A stretch of DNA of 64,000 bases from Desulfobulbaceae bacterium DB1 (GCA_001914235.1 MQUF01000006.1:203234-267233), one strand, 5' to 3'. Positions 9,175 to 19,307 are shown, counted from the first letter of the stretch. Made by a program: numbers and translations. Notes: generated by a model from the sequence alone, not told the origin.

Positions 9175-9344
9175 GCAACTATCCAGCTTGGGACGAAAAG
9201 TGTTCAAACCGTCCCGTGCTGTAACTGTTCAGCAGTGCCGCAGATGCGCCGGTAAGCGCAGACTCCGAGAGAGGCCTGACCGCTATACACTGGGTATGCG
9301 GGCAGGCCGATGACAAAGCAGATGCGGTGCTGCTGGATAGTTAC
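9175..9344 (+). ncRNA. Candidate structured RNA or 3'-UTR element (unknown family)
   Basis: - Closing stem 9177-9187 / 9332-9342 (AACUAUCCAGC / GCUGGAUAGUU).
- Hairpin GGGACG 9190-9195 / CGUCCC 9210-9215.
- 17-bp long-range stem 9231-9247 / 9318-9334 containing two G.U pairs that only work on the + strand.
- 14-bp hairpin at 9273-9308.
- A U-run follows at 9349-9354.
- No convincing ORF. Confidence 0.35.
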
Positions 9345-9357
9345 ATAATTTTTTCCC

Positions 9358-10128
9358 TTATTCCGACCCGGTTCTCTGTCGCACGATTTCGAACATGACA
9401 ACCCCGGCTGCAACGGAGGCGTTAAGGGAATCGAGATGCCGTTGCATGGGGATTGTGACCTTGAAGTCACACTGTTCGCCGATCAGAGGGCGAATGCCTT
9501 TTTCCTCGCCGCCGATCACCAGGCAGACGGCGCCGGAAAATGTGGTCTGATAAATCGAAGTTCCGCCATCCTTGACCGTTCCGTAAATCCACATCCCCAT
9601 TTCTTTCAGTTTCTGCAGCATACGGGCTACGTTGGTTACCTGGCAGACCGGCAGAGAGGCCGATGCGCCGGCGGATATTTTGGCCACCGTGCCGCTCAAC
9701 TGGGCGGAGCGATCCTTGGGGATGATCAGGCCGGTGACGCCCGCCGCGGAAGCGGAACGGATGATGGCGCCCAGATTGTGCGGGTCCTGGATGGAATCAA
9801 GGACCAGAACAAAGGGCGGAGCGTGCTGTTCCAGCAGGGCAAGGAAGGCGTCCTCGTCCAATGTTGCAAAAGGAGCGACCCTGGCGATGACGCCCTGGTG
9901 ATTCATCTGCTTGTTGCCGGTCATTCCGAAGTCAGCGGAAAAATTGACCTTGATTCCCGCATCACGGGCCAGATCGATGATTTCCCGGAGTTTTTGGCCG
10001 CTTTTCCCTTTCTGGATAATGATCTCATGAATCGAACCGGGTCGGCCGGCAAGCAGTTCATGGACGGGATGGATGCCCCAGACGAGATTGTCGTCGGTTT
10101 GGTCGTTTTTTGGTTTCATATCTTTCAC
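9358..10128 (-). CDS. rlmB: 23S rRNA (guanosine-2'-O)-methyltransferase RlmB (SpoU/TrmH family)
   Basis: VWGIHPVHELL, LDSIQDPHNLGAIIRSA, LVIGGEEKGIRP and IPMQRHLDSLNASVAAGVVMFE. Confidence 0.88.
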   Translation of the reverse strand: MKDMKPKNDQTDDNLVWGIHPVHELLAGRPGSIHEIIIQKGKSGQKLREIIDLARDAGIKVNFSADFGMTGNKQMNHQGVIARVAPFATLDEDAFLALLEQHAPPFVLVLDSIQDPHNLGAIIRSASAAGVTGLIIPKDRSAQLSGTVAKISAGASASLPVCQVTNVARMLQKLKEMGMWIYGTVKDGGTSIYQTTFSGAVCLVIGGEEKGIRPLIGEQCDFKVTIPMQRHLDSLNASVAAGVVMFEIVRQRTGSE

Positions 10129-10736
10129 GTGAGGGGAAGGGAAAGGGGCCGTCCGTCCCTGTCGCGCCTCGTTCTGCTGCGCTCTGCAATGATAATGGCC
10201 CGCAGGGTGTCAACCGCCTGTTCCACCGTATCATTGACGATGATGTAGTCATAAAGAGAAGCATCCCGCATTTCCATTTTGGCGTTTTTCAGGCGCAGGG
10301 CAATGGTTTCCGTTGAATCGGTTCCCCGTCCGGTGAGGCGCCGTTCCTGCTCCTCCCAGGAGGGGGGCACGATGAAAATGGAGCAACAGCCGACACTCCC
10401 GGCTGCCTGCCGGACCTGGCGGGCGCCTTGCACATCAATGTCCAGAAAAACATCGATCCCTTGTGCCAGATGTCCCTCCACCTCTTTTTTGCTGGTGCCG
10501 TAAAAATTGGCGTGCACCTCGGCCCATTCGAGAAATTCATTTTTGGTCCGCATGGCGGCAAAGGTCTGATGATCGACGAAATGGTAATCCACACCGTTTT
10601 TTTCACCGTGACGCGGTGCCCGGGTCGTATGGGAGATGGAAAAGGTCACGCCGTGCAAATCTGCGAAAATTTTTTTGAGGATCGTGGTTTTGCCGGTTCC
10701 CGAGGGGGCGGAAATAATAATGAGATTTCCTTTCAC
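10125..10736 (-). CDS. gmk: Guanylate kinase
   Basis: [12 protein letters not shown]-loop, [20 protein letters not shown] and [12 protein letters not shown]. It overlaps its neighbours by 4 nt. Confidence 0.93.
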   Translation of the reverse strand: MKGNLIIISAPSGTGKTTILKKIFADLHGVTFSISHTTRAPRHGEKNGVDYHFVDHQTFAAMRTKNEFLEWAEVHANFYGTSKKEVEGHLAQGIDVFLDIDVQGARQVRQAAGSVGCCSIFIVPPSWEEQERRLTGRGTDSTETIALRLKNAKMEMRDASLYDYIIVNDTVEQAVDTLRAIIIAERSRTRRDRDGRPLSLPLT

Positions 10737-11017
10737 GGTGCGTCCTCTTCATCAACCACGGGTGGATCGTTGATGGTGGCCGGGGTGAAACGCTGGGTTA
10801 AGGTCTCCGGCTGCACAGCGGAAAGTATCACATGATTGCTGTCCAGGATGATGATGGAGCGTGTTTTCCTCCCCTCGGTCACATCAATGAGTTTTTTCTG
10901 CTCTTTTGCTTCCTCTTTCAATTTCTTGATGGGGGATGATTTCGGTTTTACCACGGCAAGAATCCGGCTCGCCACCACCGAATTGCCGAAACCGACATTG
11001 ATCATTCTCTGGTCCAT
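10733..11017 (-). CDS. remA: RemA/DUF370 family protein
   Basis: [68 protein letters not shown] is the canonical DUF370 pattern. Confidence 0.88.
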   Translation of the reverse strand: MDQRMINVGFGNSVVASRILAVVKPKSSPIKKLKEEAKEQKKLIDVTEGRKTRSIIILDSNHVILSAVQPETLTQRFTPATINDPPVVDEEDAP

Positions 11018-11031
11018 TTCAACCTGTTCTC

Positions 11032-11919
11032 CTATTCCAGATTCTGTACCTGCTCGCGCATTTTTTCCACTTCATTTTTCAGCTCAACCGCTTGATGAGC
11101 GATGGTCGCATCGGAGATCTTCGATGCCATTGTGTTGATCTCCCGTAAAAATTCCTGCAGGAGGAAGTCCAGGCGGCGCCCGACGGGTTCCTGTTTTTCG
11201 AGAAAACGGCGGAATTGGTCGATGTGGCTGTTCAGCCGGACCAGCTCTTCGGTGACATCCGCCTTGTCGGCGATGAGAGCGATTTCCTGAGCAAGGCGGT
11301 TCGGATCGAGATCAACCTCGGATGCAAGTTTTGCCACTCGATCACGCAAGGTTTCCATTCTCTGGACGGTAAGCTCCGGAATCCTTTCCGCTATCTGTTT
11401 CCCGACCTCGGTCAGCAGATCGAGACGCTGAAGCAGATCCAATTTTACGCTCAATCCTTCACGTTGTCGCATTTCGCCGGTGAATTCAAGGGCTTCCAGT
11501 AGAGCCTGGCGGAGAACGGACCACGCATCATCAAGGTTCTGTTCCTGCTCGTCGGAAATAATGACGTTCGGGTAGGCGGCGATCAGGTCAAGTTCATTGG
11601 GGGAAGAAGGCAGCATCAGTTCCTGCTTGATTTCCTTCAACCGATCACGGTATTGACGGGCCAGGGGGAGATTGACGGTGAGGGTTTTGCTGTCAACGAT
11701 GGAAGGGGCAGGGGTGATCACCACTTCGATGTGCCCCCTGCTGTAAAAGAGGCAGATTTCTTTTTTGACCTTTTCCTCAAGACCGGCAAACTGCCTGGGT
11801 ATTTTGATGCGGATGTCGGAAAAACGATGGTTGACCGAACGGATTTCCACCGTCCAGCCGCAGGTCGGGGTCAGCTGTTCGCCTCGGCCGAAAGCCGTCA
11901 TGCTGGCAGGGTATTTCAT
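11032..11919 (-). CDS. yicC: YicC/YloC family endoribonuclease
   Basis: SMTAFGRGE start, [14 protein letters not shown], and the C-terminal [15 protein letters not shown]...[18 protein letters not shown]. Confidence 0.88.
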   Translation of the reverse strand: MKYPASMTAFGRGEQLTPTCGWTVEIRSVNHRFSDIRIKIPRQFAGLEEKVKKEICLFYSRGHIEVVITPAPSIVDSKTLTVNLPLARQYRDRLKEIKQELMLPSSPNELDLIAAYPNVIISDEQEQNLDDAWSVLRQALLEALEFTGEMRQREGLSVKLDLLQRLDLLTEVGKQIAERIPELTVQRMETLRDRVAKLASEVDLDPNRLAQEIALIADKADVTEELVRLNSHIDQFRRFLEKQEPVGRRLDFLLQEFLREINTMASKISDATIAHQAVELKNEVEKMREQVQNLE

Positions 11920-12902
11920 GAAATAAGCTCCATAAGTTCTTGTGCCGTTGTCGTGGCCGTGCCCACCTTGCCCACCACGATGCCCGCTGCAAAGTTGGCA
12001 AGAGTGGCGGCCTCGGCGAAACTGAGCCCACAGGCAAGACCCAGGGCAAGGCTGGCGATAACCGTATCGCCGGCCCCGGTGACATCATATATTTCTTTGG
12101 CCACCGTGGGAATAGTGAAAATGGTCTTTCCCTTTTCAAGCAACGCCATTCCCGCCTCGCCCCGGGTAATGAGAACAGCGGTACAGTTGAGTCGTTCCCG
12201 CAGGGCGGATGCGGCGCGCAGCAGCGAATCACCGTCCGTGATGGCAACGCCTGACATCTTTTCCGCCTCATGGTTGTTCGGGGTGATGATGGTGGCGTTG
12301 TGAAAGAGTTCGGCATGGGCGGGTTTCGGGTCGACAATCATGGGGATCTGCCGGCGACCGAGAAGATCCCGCAGATGGTCCATCAGGCGGGCGCAGATGA
12401 CGCCTTTGCTGTAGTCGGAGATGATCACCGCGTCAAAAGAGGAAATATGATCGTCAAGAAAGGAAAGCAGGGAATCGATGGTTTCGTCGGGAAGGGGACC
12501 TGATTTTTCCCGGTCGAAACGAACCACCTGCTGGCTTTGCGCAACGATCCTGGTTTTTTTTGTGGTGGGCCGATCCGCGCATCTGATGACGCCGTTTGTC
12601 GGGGAATCCAACTCTTCCAGCAAAGAAAGGAGATGGTCGCCCATGAAGTCACTGCCGATCACGCCGCACAAAACCGCTTTACCGCCCAGATCATAGAGAT
12701 TGTGCAGGACGTTTGCCGCGCCGCCCAGCAGCAGGCTTTCGTCCGTGACGTTGACGACCGGAACCGGGGCTTCGGGAGATATGCGGGTGACTGTTCCCCA
12801 GATGAAGTGGTCAACGATAATATCACCGATGACCAGCACCCTGGCGGAAGAAAATTTTTTGACGGCATCATGCAGGTTCTGCCTGTTGACATTTTCCAGC
12901 AC
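11916..12902 (-). CDS. hldA: D-glycero-beta-D-manno-heptose-7-phosphate kinase (RfaE domain I type)
   Basis: VLVIGDIIVDHFIWGTVTRISPEAPVPVV, GGAANVLHNL and DVTGAGDTVIASLALGLACG (PfkB fold). Confidence 0.85.
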   Translation of the reverse strand: MLENVNRQNLHDAVKKFSSARVLVIGDIIVDHFIWGTVTRISPEAPVPVVNVTDESLLLGGAANVLHNLYDLGGKAVLCGVIGSDFMGDHLLSLLEELDSPTNGVIRCADRPTTKKTRIVAQSQQVVRFDREKSGPLPDETIDSLLSFLDDHISSFDAVIISDYSKGVICARLMDHLRDLLGRRQIPMIVDPKPAHAELFHNATIITPNNHEAEKMSGVAITDGDSLLRAASALRERLNCTAVLITRGEAGMALLEKGKTIFTIPTVAKEIYDVTGAGDTVIASLALGLACGLSFAEAATLANFAAGIVVGKVGTATTTAQELMELIS

Positions 12903-13013
12903 TGGTTACTCCTGTTTTATAGGGACGTGTCGTATAATTTCAGAACTCCTGATGTCGTAACGTGATTTCGATAAGTTTGTCACAATTTCGGATTCTGGCT
13001 TGTTACCGGTTTT

Positions 13014-13121
13014 AGTGCCTAAAATACTTCAAGTGCGTAACGTGCCGAAAATTAAAGGTGTTATCTGAGCAGAAAATACCGCCACTTCAAGTATTTTAGG
13101 CATTTTAAGTACTTTAGGCAC
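13014..13121. repeat. AT-rich dispersed repeat, three sub-copies in an inverted/tandem arrangement (core ACTTSAAGTATTTYAGGCAC)
   Basis: - Left arm AGTGCCTAAAATACTTCAAGTG at 13014-13035.
- Right arm CACTTCAAGTATTTTAGGCATTTTAAGTACTTTAGGCAC at 13083-13121.
- A related 26-nt copy lies at 26041-26066 with one mismatch. Confidence 0.7.
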
Positions 13122-13280
13122 TTTTCTCGAACCGCGATTCCGGTATTAAAGTAAAATTTGCCGGGATCAGGTTGTTTGAATTTTAAAAAAAGCTCTTTAA
13201 CCTGATTTTCAGATTTTGCCATCGTTTTAAACAAAAAATTGTTTCTCCAGGGCACGTTGTCCGCCGGCAGCGCCGGGCTG

Positions 13281-14822
13281 TCAGCGGGTATTCGGCCTTA
13301 CGAGATGTTTTCCGTCATCCTGAAGAATCAGTTCGGAAAATTTTATCGCCAATCGTTGCAGCTCGGGGATCGAAAGGTTGTCAATCCCTTCCATGCGGAC
13401 GGTTGTGGTGCGGCCGCGATTGTCTAGCGGCATCCATCTGGAGAAAAAACGGTCATTAACAGCCCCGGCAAAGCAGATGACCGATCTGGTTTGCCGGGCG
13501 GTGGCGAGGTGCTGGCAGCAGGAATCATAGCCGAAAAAAACATCGGCCTGATCGATAAGCGCCGAAAGCATGCCGATGCCGCCCTGCACGCAGACAAGGC
13601 CCTGTTTGAAATACGGTTTTTCTTGGTTGAAATCTTTTTCCGATATGTGCGCGGTCGCAAATCCCCTGCCGCTTATTTTGTCGACAAGTTTTATCGCCCT
13701 TTTTCTTTCATCCGGGTGACAACCGCTGTCAAGCACGACCATGGCCCCGGCATGCTGAAGCAGGCTGGACAGCAGTTCTTCCTCGAAAGGGTCGGGCAGT
13801 CGTTTGCGAGGATCATTGCCTACCCCGAGATTGACGGCGATTTTTTTGCTTTCTTTCGGAAAGCGGGTGAAAAAGTTGCGCACGGTCTGCTGGTGCACGG
13901 GGCGAATGGAGATGCAGGGCGCGATATCTTTTTTTTCATCCAGCAGACGGTTCAGCCAGACATTGGTCAGACTGCTGAGGCGGTGTGAGCTGTGCTGCTC
14001 CATTTCCCGTGAAGGAAAATAGCAGTAAGACCGGTCATCGATCAAGGGAAACAGGCCGAGTTGACTGAGTCGGCTGTCGGGATCGAAAAGAAGGGTGTTT
14101 TCCACCGAAGCTGCCTGCCATTCCTGTTCAAGCAAACGGTAAAGCGAGGTGAAGTAGGTCATTCGGCCGACAAGACCGCCTTCACGGTGATAATGCACCT
14201 TGGTCCAATGGACGCGGGGAAGTTCGGAAAAAATCTCGGCAAGATGCTGAGGGCCGAAAACAATCAGTTCAGCCTGGGGAAAAGTAACGAGAAGCCGATG
14301 AACAATGATGGAGGTCATGGCAACATCGGCGCCCACGGTGACCCGGGACAGCACAAGGATCTTGCGGATGTTGCGGCGCATGGAGCCGGAGAGCGCGCGT
14401 TCTTTTTTGATCCGGCGATAACGGGAGAATAACTGGTGCTCGTCGTGAAAGTGCAGATCGCCGAGCAGTTTGTCGAGAGCCCCGCCTTCAGTCCGGGTGC
14501 GGAGAAATGCCGTCATTCGCAGCAGGACCCGGCTGCAGATGTCGACACCGTCAGCGCTGAAATCATCGCACAACGGTTCGATAATATTTTTATAAAGGGC
14601 GACAACGGCAGCTTTTCGTGTCTGTTCGTTGTCCCTGGAAAGAGCCATGCGGCAAAGATGATCAACAACATCAAGATCCGGCGGCAGCTTGTTTGCGACC
14701 TGCGCCATGAACGATCGGCTCAAGTGATCGGCAATTGATTCAGGAGCGGAATGTTGCCTGACGGAAGTGTTTGCCGGTTGCGCCATGATGAGTTTATGTC
14801 CCTTTTTTGGGCCTGAAAACAT
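13281..14822 (-). CDS. Glycosyltransferase family 9-like (heptosyltransferase-like) protein with an N-terminal extension of about 150 aa
   Basis: ILVLSRVTVGADVAMTSIIVHRLLVTFPQAELIVFG, IAVNLGVGNDPRKRLP and FFGYDSCCQHLATA resemble GT9 blocks but are degenerate. The gene neighbours hldA. Confidence 0.5.
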   Translation of the reverse strand: MFSGPKKGHKLIMAQPANTSVRQHSAPESIADHLSRSFMAQVANKLPPDLDVVDHLCRMALSRDNEQTRKAAVVALYKNIIEPLCDDFSADGVDICSRVLLRMTAFLRTRTEGGALDKLLGDLHFHDEHQLFSRYRRIKKERALSGSMRRNIRKILVLSRVTVGADVAMTSIIVHRLLVTFPQAELIVFGPQHLAEIFSELPRVHWTKVHYHREGGLVGRMTYFTSLYRLLEQEWQAASVENTLLFDPDSRLSQLGLFPLIDDRSYCYFPSREMEQHSSHRLSSLTNVWLNRLLDEKKDIAPCISIRPVHQQTVRNFFTRFPKESKKIAVNLGVGNDPRKRLPDPFEEELLSSLLQHAGAMVVLDSGCHPDERKRAIKLVDKISGRGFATAHISEKDFNQEKPYFKQGLVCVQGGIGMLSALIDQADVFFGYDSCCQHLATARQTRSVICFAGAVNDRFFSRWMPLDNRGRTTTVRMEGIDNLSIPELQRLAIKFSELILQDDGKHLVRPNTR

Positions 14823-14887
14823 GTGAAAAGAAAAAAAATTCTGAATCTGCTACTATAGACGGCAAGAGGCCAGCAGGCAAACAAATT

Positions 14888-15349
14888 TTAATGTTGCCGG
14901 CATGCGTAAAGGAGGGTGGGGCGGGTGAAATGACGGAGGGATCCGGGGAAAAAGAAAAGGGGGATAGCGATCAGCAGGTTGCGCAGGATAAGCAGGTAAA
15001 CCGGGCTTGTATTGCCGGTTCCGAAACAGCCGCAGTCGATGGGCAATTGCAGGTAGCCGCCGGAAACAAAAAGAAGAAGCAGGGTGAAGGCGAGATAAAG
15101 ACCGGCGATCATCCTGGCGAAAATTCCTGCCTTGATACCGATGAGGGCCAGAACGCCGAGAAGGATTTCCAGGGGAGGGTACCAGCGGGCAAGAAACAGT
15201 ATCTGATCAAGGGTGAGAATGTGCCGTTCCAGAAGGGATTCAAGCACATCTCCGACACCGGCGTCCCGTATCTTGACAAGTCCTGCCCAGACAAGAAGAG
15301 CCGACGCCAGATAGTAGTCAGTCACCACCAGGAAGCGGATCACCTTCAT
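14888..15349 (-). CDS. MauE/DoxX-family redox-associated membrane protein
   Basis: Four hydrophobic helices and the CGCFG motif ([10 protein letters not shown]) typical of MauE. Its start overlaps the MCP stop by ATGA. Confidence 0.75.
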   Translation of the reverse strand: MKVIRFLVVTDYYLASALLVWAGLVKIRDAGVGDVLESLLERHILTLDQILFLARWYPPLEILLGVLALIGIKAGIFARMIAGLYLAFTLLLLFVSGGYLQLPIDCGCFGTGNTSPVYLLILRNLLIAIPLFFFPGSLRHFTRPTLLYACRQH

Positions 15350-16785
15350 GACGGGTCGACAGGAGAATCGCCTTTGCCGGTTCCTTCCCAGAACTGCATC
15401 AATTTGTACATCATCTGATGCAATCTCTCCACCTGTTCCTTCACGTCCTGAACAGTAGCCGAGGCTTCTTCCGACATGGCAGCCTGGGATTGTACCATGC
15501 CGTCAATGCTGTTGACCGATTCGCGGATTTTTCCTTCGGTTTCCGACTGTCGTTTGCCGGTCTCCATGATTTTTTCCATCTGGCGGACAACCGAATCCGA
15601 GGCCGTGTTGACTTCGGCAAAGGTTGTTTTCAGGTTGTTCACCATATCGACGCCGGCGGTTACTTTTGTGTCGAGTCGTTTGATAATGGCGGCAACCATG
15701 CTTGATGTTTCCGCCGTCCGGGTGGCAAGGTTTCTCACTTCAGTGGCGACAACGGCAAATCCCGCCCCTGCTTCACCGGCGCGCGCCGCCTCGACCGCGG
15801 CATTTAAAGCCAGAAGATTTGTTTGAAAAGCAATATCTTCTATGACTTTGACCAGGGAAGAAATTTCCTTGTCCGCTTCCACCATCTCCTTCATGGCACC
15901 GACCACATCATTGATGGAACTGTTGGAATGAGTTGCCGTGCGATAGAGGTCGTTTGCCGCGTTTTCAGCGGTACGGGCGGCTTGCAGATTCTCTTCGGCC
16001 TGTGCCGTCATCTGCTCCATGGTCGATGCGATGCTGTCCAGGGAGGCCGAGGATGAGCTGGTCTCGGTTGCCAATTGAACGGACATGGCGTTGATGTTGT
16101 CAATGGCGTCGAGCAGCCCATGGGTTGCGTTGGTTGATTCCTGGCCCATCCAGTCGAGCTGGCGGGAAATGAGGGAAATCATGTAAAAGATGATTGCGCC
16201 GATCACGACCAGCAGTCCAATGGAGACAAGCAGCATTTTGTTGAGTTGCCTGCTGACGTCAAGGACATGGGCCATGGCCTCGTTATGACTGGCGGAGCTG
16301 TTTGCGACGATTTCGGCAAGGGACTGGAGGAGACTTTTGTTTTCTTTGTCGAAGGCGGCGGTCCATGTCGATTCTTCCCCGTATTGCTGATTAACGCTGG
16401 CGGAAACCATTTTCAGCCCTGCCTGATACGATGCCTGATAGGTTTTTTGCAGAGCGCCAATCTGCTTTGTTGCCTCGGGTACGGATTGGTTCAGTTGAGC
16501 GAGTGCTGCAAACTGATCAAGAATCTGTTTGTTGATGGTTTCCATGCCGGCAAGTTCGCTTTCCGTTCCCGCTGCCCGCGACACATTGAATTTTTCTATG
16601 ATATTGGTGACGCGGCCTTTTAATTCAATGGCGATTTTGGTTTCCGGATACACCTGCCCGCTCACCTTGCGAACTTCGAGGGTAAATTGTTTCGTCGCCA
16701 TCAGGGCGTAGGAAATAATAGCGCCGGAAAGGAGAAAGAGGAGAAGAAAAAAGAAATACAGTCTTCTTTTGCCGCCGAATTTCAT
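15346..16785 (-). CDS. Methyl-accepting chemotaxis protein
   Basis: Signalling hairpin [40 protein letters not shown], two transmembrane segments and a periplasmic sensor region. Confidence 0.92.
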   Translation of the reverse strand: MKFGGKRRLYFFFLLLFLLSGAIISYALMATKQFTLEVRKVSGQVYPETKIAIELKGRVTNIIEKFNVSRAAGTESELAGMETINKQILDQFAALAQLNQSVPEATKQIGALQKTYQASYQAGLKMVSASVNQQYGEESTWTAAFDKENKSLLQSLAEIVANSSASHNEAMAHVLDVSRQLNKMLLVSIGLLVVIGAIIFYMISLISRQLDWMGQESTNATHGLLDAIDNINAMSVQLATETSSSSASLDSIASTMEQMTAQAEENLQAARTAENAANDLYRTATHSNSSINDVVGAMKEMVEADKEISSLVKVIEDIAFQTNLLALNAAVEAARAGEAGAGFAVVATEVRNLATRTAETSSMVAAIIKRLDTKVTAGVDMVNNLKTTFAEVNTASDSVVRQMEKIMETGKRQSETEGKIRESVNSIDGMVQSQAAMSEEASATVQDVKEQVERLHQMMYKLMQFWEGTGKGDSPVDPS

Positions 16786-16837
16786 AAAAAATCTCTCGAA
16801 AAAGTCTGAACTGTTGGAAATAAAACAGCATCACAAA

Positions 16838-16878
16838 AACAGGAAAAGGAGATGACGTCTGGCCGCATCTCCTTTTTT
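16838..16878 (-). terminator. Hairpin terminator (bidirectional type) between the rhodanese gene and the MCP gene
   Basis: GGAGATG (16848-16854) pairs with CATCTCC (16866-16872). It is flanked by an A-run on one side and a T-run on the other. Confidence 0.6.
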
Positions 16879-16904
16879 CGCCAAAATCACAAACGTAAAA
16901 GCAT

Positions 16905-17627
16905 CTATTCAACCGGCAGTCCGGCCCGTTTCCATGCCAGTACGCCGCCATCCATGACGGCAAGATCAGTGTAACCGTTCATGTGCAGGAATTTGCCGCA
17001 GACGCCGACTTGTTTTCCGGCATGGTCAATGATAACTATTTTTTTGTCTTTGGGCAGGGTTGTGTATTTCTCATCCAGGTCATCAAGGGGGATATTGACG
17101 GCGCCTTTGATTTTGCCCACCTCAATAACCTCTTCACCGCGGATGTCGAGCATGACGATACCGCCGGCCTGGGCCTGAACATCGGCAGGGTTCAAGCGGG
17201 GAAGGTCGACATTGGGATATTTGACTTTGTTTTCAATGGGATACCCTTTTTTTGCCCAGGCGGGAAGCCCTTCGTTGTAGACCATGACATTGGTGTATCC
17301 CAGGGCAGTTGCCGCGTCCGCCGCTTTCTTGCTTTTGGTGCATTTGGGGCCCTTGCAGTAGAAAATGAGCAGTGATGCCTTGTCAGCCGGGAGCAATGGG
17401 TTGCCGGCAACCTTGCTGCTGGGGATATTGATGGAGCCGGCAATTGCCATTTCGTTATGTTCGATGGAGCTCAACGCATCAATTAAGGTGAGAGGTTCTC
17501 CTGCATCAATTTTCTTTTTCAGGTCGTCGGTGGTTATCAGAGAATCCGCCGCAAGGACCGTTGACTGAATGAAAAAAAGACAAAGCGTCAATAATGACAG
17601 AATACGGCAAAGACCAACTTTTTTCAT
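16905..17627 (-). CDS. Secreted tandem rhodanese-domain protein (Cys form; first active-site loop CKGPKC)
   Basis: Start chosen at MKKVGLCRILSLL (signal peptide, GGAGGA SD). Domain 1 reads LIFYCKGPKCTKSKK. Domain 2 lacks the catalytic Cys. Confidence 0.8.
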   Translation of the reverse strand: MKKVGLCRILSLLTLCLFFIQSTVLAADSLITTDDLKKKIDAGEPLTLIDALSSIEHNEMAIAGSINIPSSKVAGNPLLPADKASLLIFYCKGPKCTKSKKAADAATALGYTNVMVYNEGLPAWAKKGYPIENKVKYPNVDLPRLNPADVQAQAGGIVMLDIRGEEVIEVGKIKGAVNIPLDDLDEKYTTLPKDKKIVIIDHAGKQVGVCGKFLHMNGYTDLAVMDGGVLAWKRAGLPVE

Positions 17628-17990
17628 GAAATCATCCTCCTGGTTTAATTTTTTTGATCCGCGCACAACACGCACTGTTCTTTTTTTGATGGAAAAAATC
17701 AGTGCCGCAAGTTGATTCCGTTGCAAGCTTATGCCATTATAAGGGGGAAAAAAAAATAAAATCAAAGGAAAAATTCAGGATAGAGGCAAGAGGAACATTT
17801 TGGCAATGCAAACATTTTCTCCATGACTTTTTCGATTTTGTTCGGCGTCGATTGCTCTCGTCAATTTCGGTTTGAGTTAAATTTTTGACTGTGATACCAT
17901 TTAAAAAATATTTTTTCGTAATATTAGCCGGATGCACAATGTGGTATTTGCCTTCCGGTTGAAAATCACAAATCCATTCGGAGGTTGTCT

Positions 17991-19307
17991 ATGCAGAAAA
18001 CGTTTTTGCGGAAATTTGTGCCGGTGATGATTTTTTTCTCATTGCTGGTTGGCTGTGCAACAACGGGCAGCGAAAAACAAGGCGGCAAGGCCGCTCAGGT
18101 CACCAGCGCCCAGACCGAGCAGAATGTCTATAAAGGCGAGGTGACGGGAAAGTCCAATAAGGCGAAAACAATATCCATCAAGGTCGGCAAGGATGCGGAA
18201 GCCAAAACCATGATGGTCAAGTTTAACGACCAGACCACGGGTCTTGAATTCGCCGAACAAGGTCAGGCCGCCATTGTCGCGTATAAGGTTGTCGGGAAGG
18301 ATAAGATAGCGACGGTCATCAAACCGAAACTGGCCCAACTGCCCAAGGGAACCTCCGAGGTCAAGACCGACTATGTTGCCGCCCTTATTGCCAAAGGCGG
18401 GAATTATCAGCTGATCGACTCTCGTCCGGCCGGTCGTTTTCACGCCGGCAGTTTGCCTTCCGCGGTCAGTATTCCTGTTGACAAGATCAAGAAGGAGGGT
18501 GCCTCCCTTCTGCCCAAAGATAAAAATACCGAGCTGATTTTCTTCTGCGGAGGCCCCACGTGAGGCATGAGCACCGAGTCCGCCGGTCTGGCGGCTGAAG
18601 CAGGGTACAAAAATGTAAAGGTATTTCTTGACGGCGCACCGGGATGGCAGAAGGCCGGTCATCATGTGGTTGCCAGCAATAATTTTGTCGAGAAAGGCAA
18701 TATCGTGCTGGTTGATCTGCGCGATGCGGCTGATTACAAAAAAGGTCATATTCCCCGCGCCTATAATGTCCCCTTTGCCGATCTTGAAGGTGCGGAGGAT
18801 GATTTCCCGGAAAACAAAACGGCCCCCCTTGTTTTTTACGGCAACAACGCGGTGAAGGCCTTTAAAACGGCAAAGAAGTGGGGATATAAAGGCTCGGCGG
18901 TGTATGAAGGAGGAACCAAGGCATGGACCGCGGCCGGCAAATCCCTGGATACATCCGCCTCTCCCAAAGAGATCACCTGGGTGAGAATTCTTGGGCCGGG
19001 TGAAATCGGGATTGCCGATTTTGTGAAAGTCGCGGGAAAACAACCTGCGGACAAGATTATCCTTGATGTGCGGACAAATGACGAGATCAAGGAAGGCATG
19101 TTTGCAAACGCCGTTCACATCCCCCTTGATGAGCTGGGCGCCAAAATGAACACCCTGCCCAAGAACAAGGAGATACTCATCCACTGCTCCACCGGGGCCC
19201 GGGCGGAAATGGCCTTTCAGGAGTTGAAAAAGGCAGGTTTCAAGACCCGGTATGTCATGGGAAATGTGGAATGCGATCCGGATGACGGGTGTGAAATTTC
19301 GGAATAA
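17991..19307 (+). CDS. Lipoprotein with three rhodanese domains; putative selenoprotein (in-frame UGA at 18561-18563 read as Sec, residue 191 of 438)
   Basis: Track ORFs 17985..18563 and 18567..19307 are in the same frame and separated only by TGA-GGC. The lipobox is LLVGC. FFCGGPT-UGA-GMSTESAGLAAEAGY aligns with FYCKGPK-C-TKSKKAADAATALGY of the paralog. The third domain has a canonical HCSTGARA loop. Confidence 0.7.
18561..18596 (+). promoter_or_regulatory. UGA codon plus candidate bacterial SECIS hairpin
   Basis: The hairpin starts 13 nt after the UGA. It pairs A18577-U18596 and G18578-C18595, has a bulged U18579, then stem CCGCC (18580-84) / GGCGG (18590-94) with loop GGUCU. This matches the E. 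coli fdhF minimal SECIS architecture (2 bp, bulged U, short stem, GGUC loop). Confidence 0.6.

Noticed and set aside
9175-9344. Assigning the structured element to SRP (4.5S) RNA or 6S RNA.
   Set aside because: It lacks the SRP domain IV consensus (GGAA tetraloop and AGCA symmetric loop). It also lacks the 6S architecture of a single long helix with a central bubble. It is left as an unknown family.
13009-13121. A possible CRISPR repeat, because one copy reads GTTTTAGTGCCTAAAATACTTCAAGTG.
   Set aside because: There are only two to three copies, and the second is inverted rather than direct. Spacing is irregular, and there are no cas genes or leader. The other locus (26041-26066) is a single copy.
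13061-13255. A 64-aa ORF containing CLKYLKCLKYLKW.
   Set aside because: The periodic peptide is just the AT-rich DNA repeat read in frame. It has no SD and an intergenic composition.
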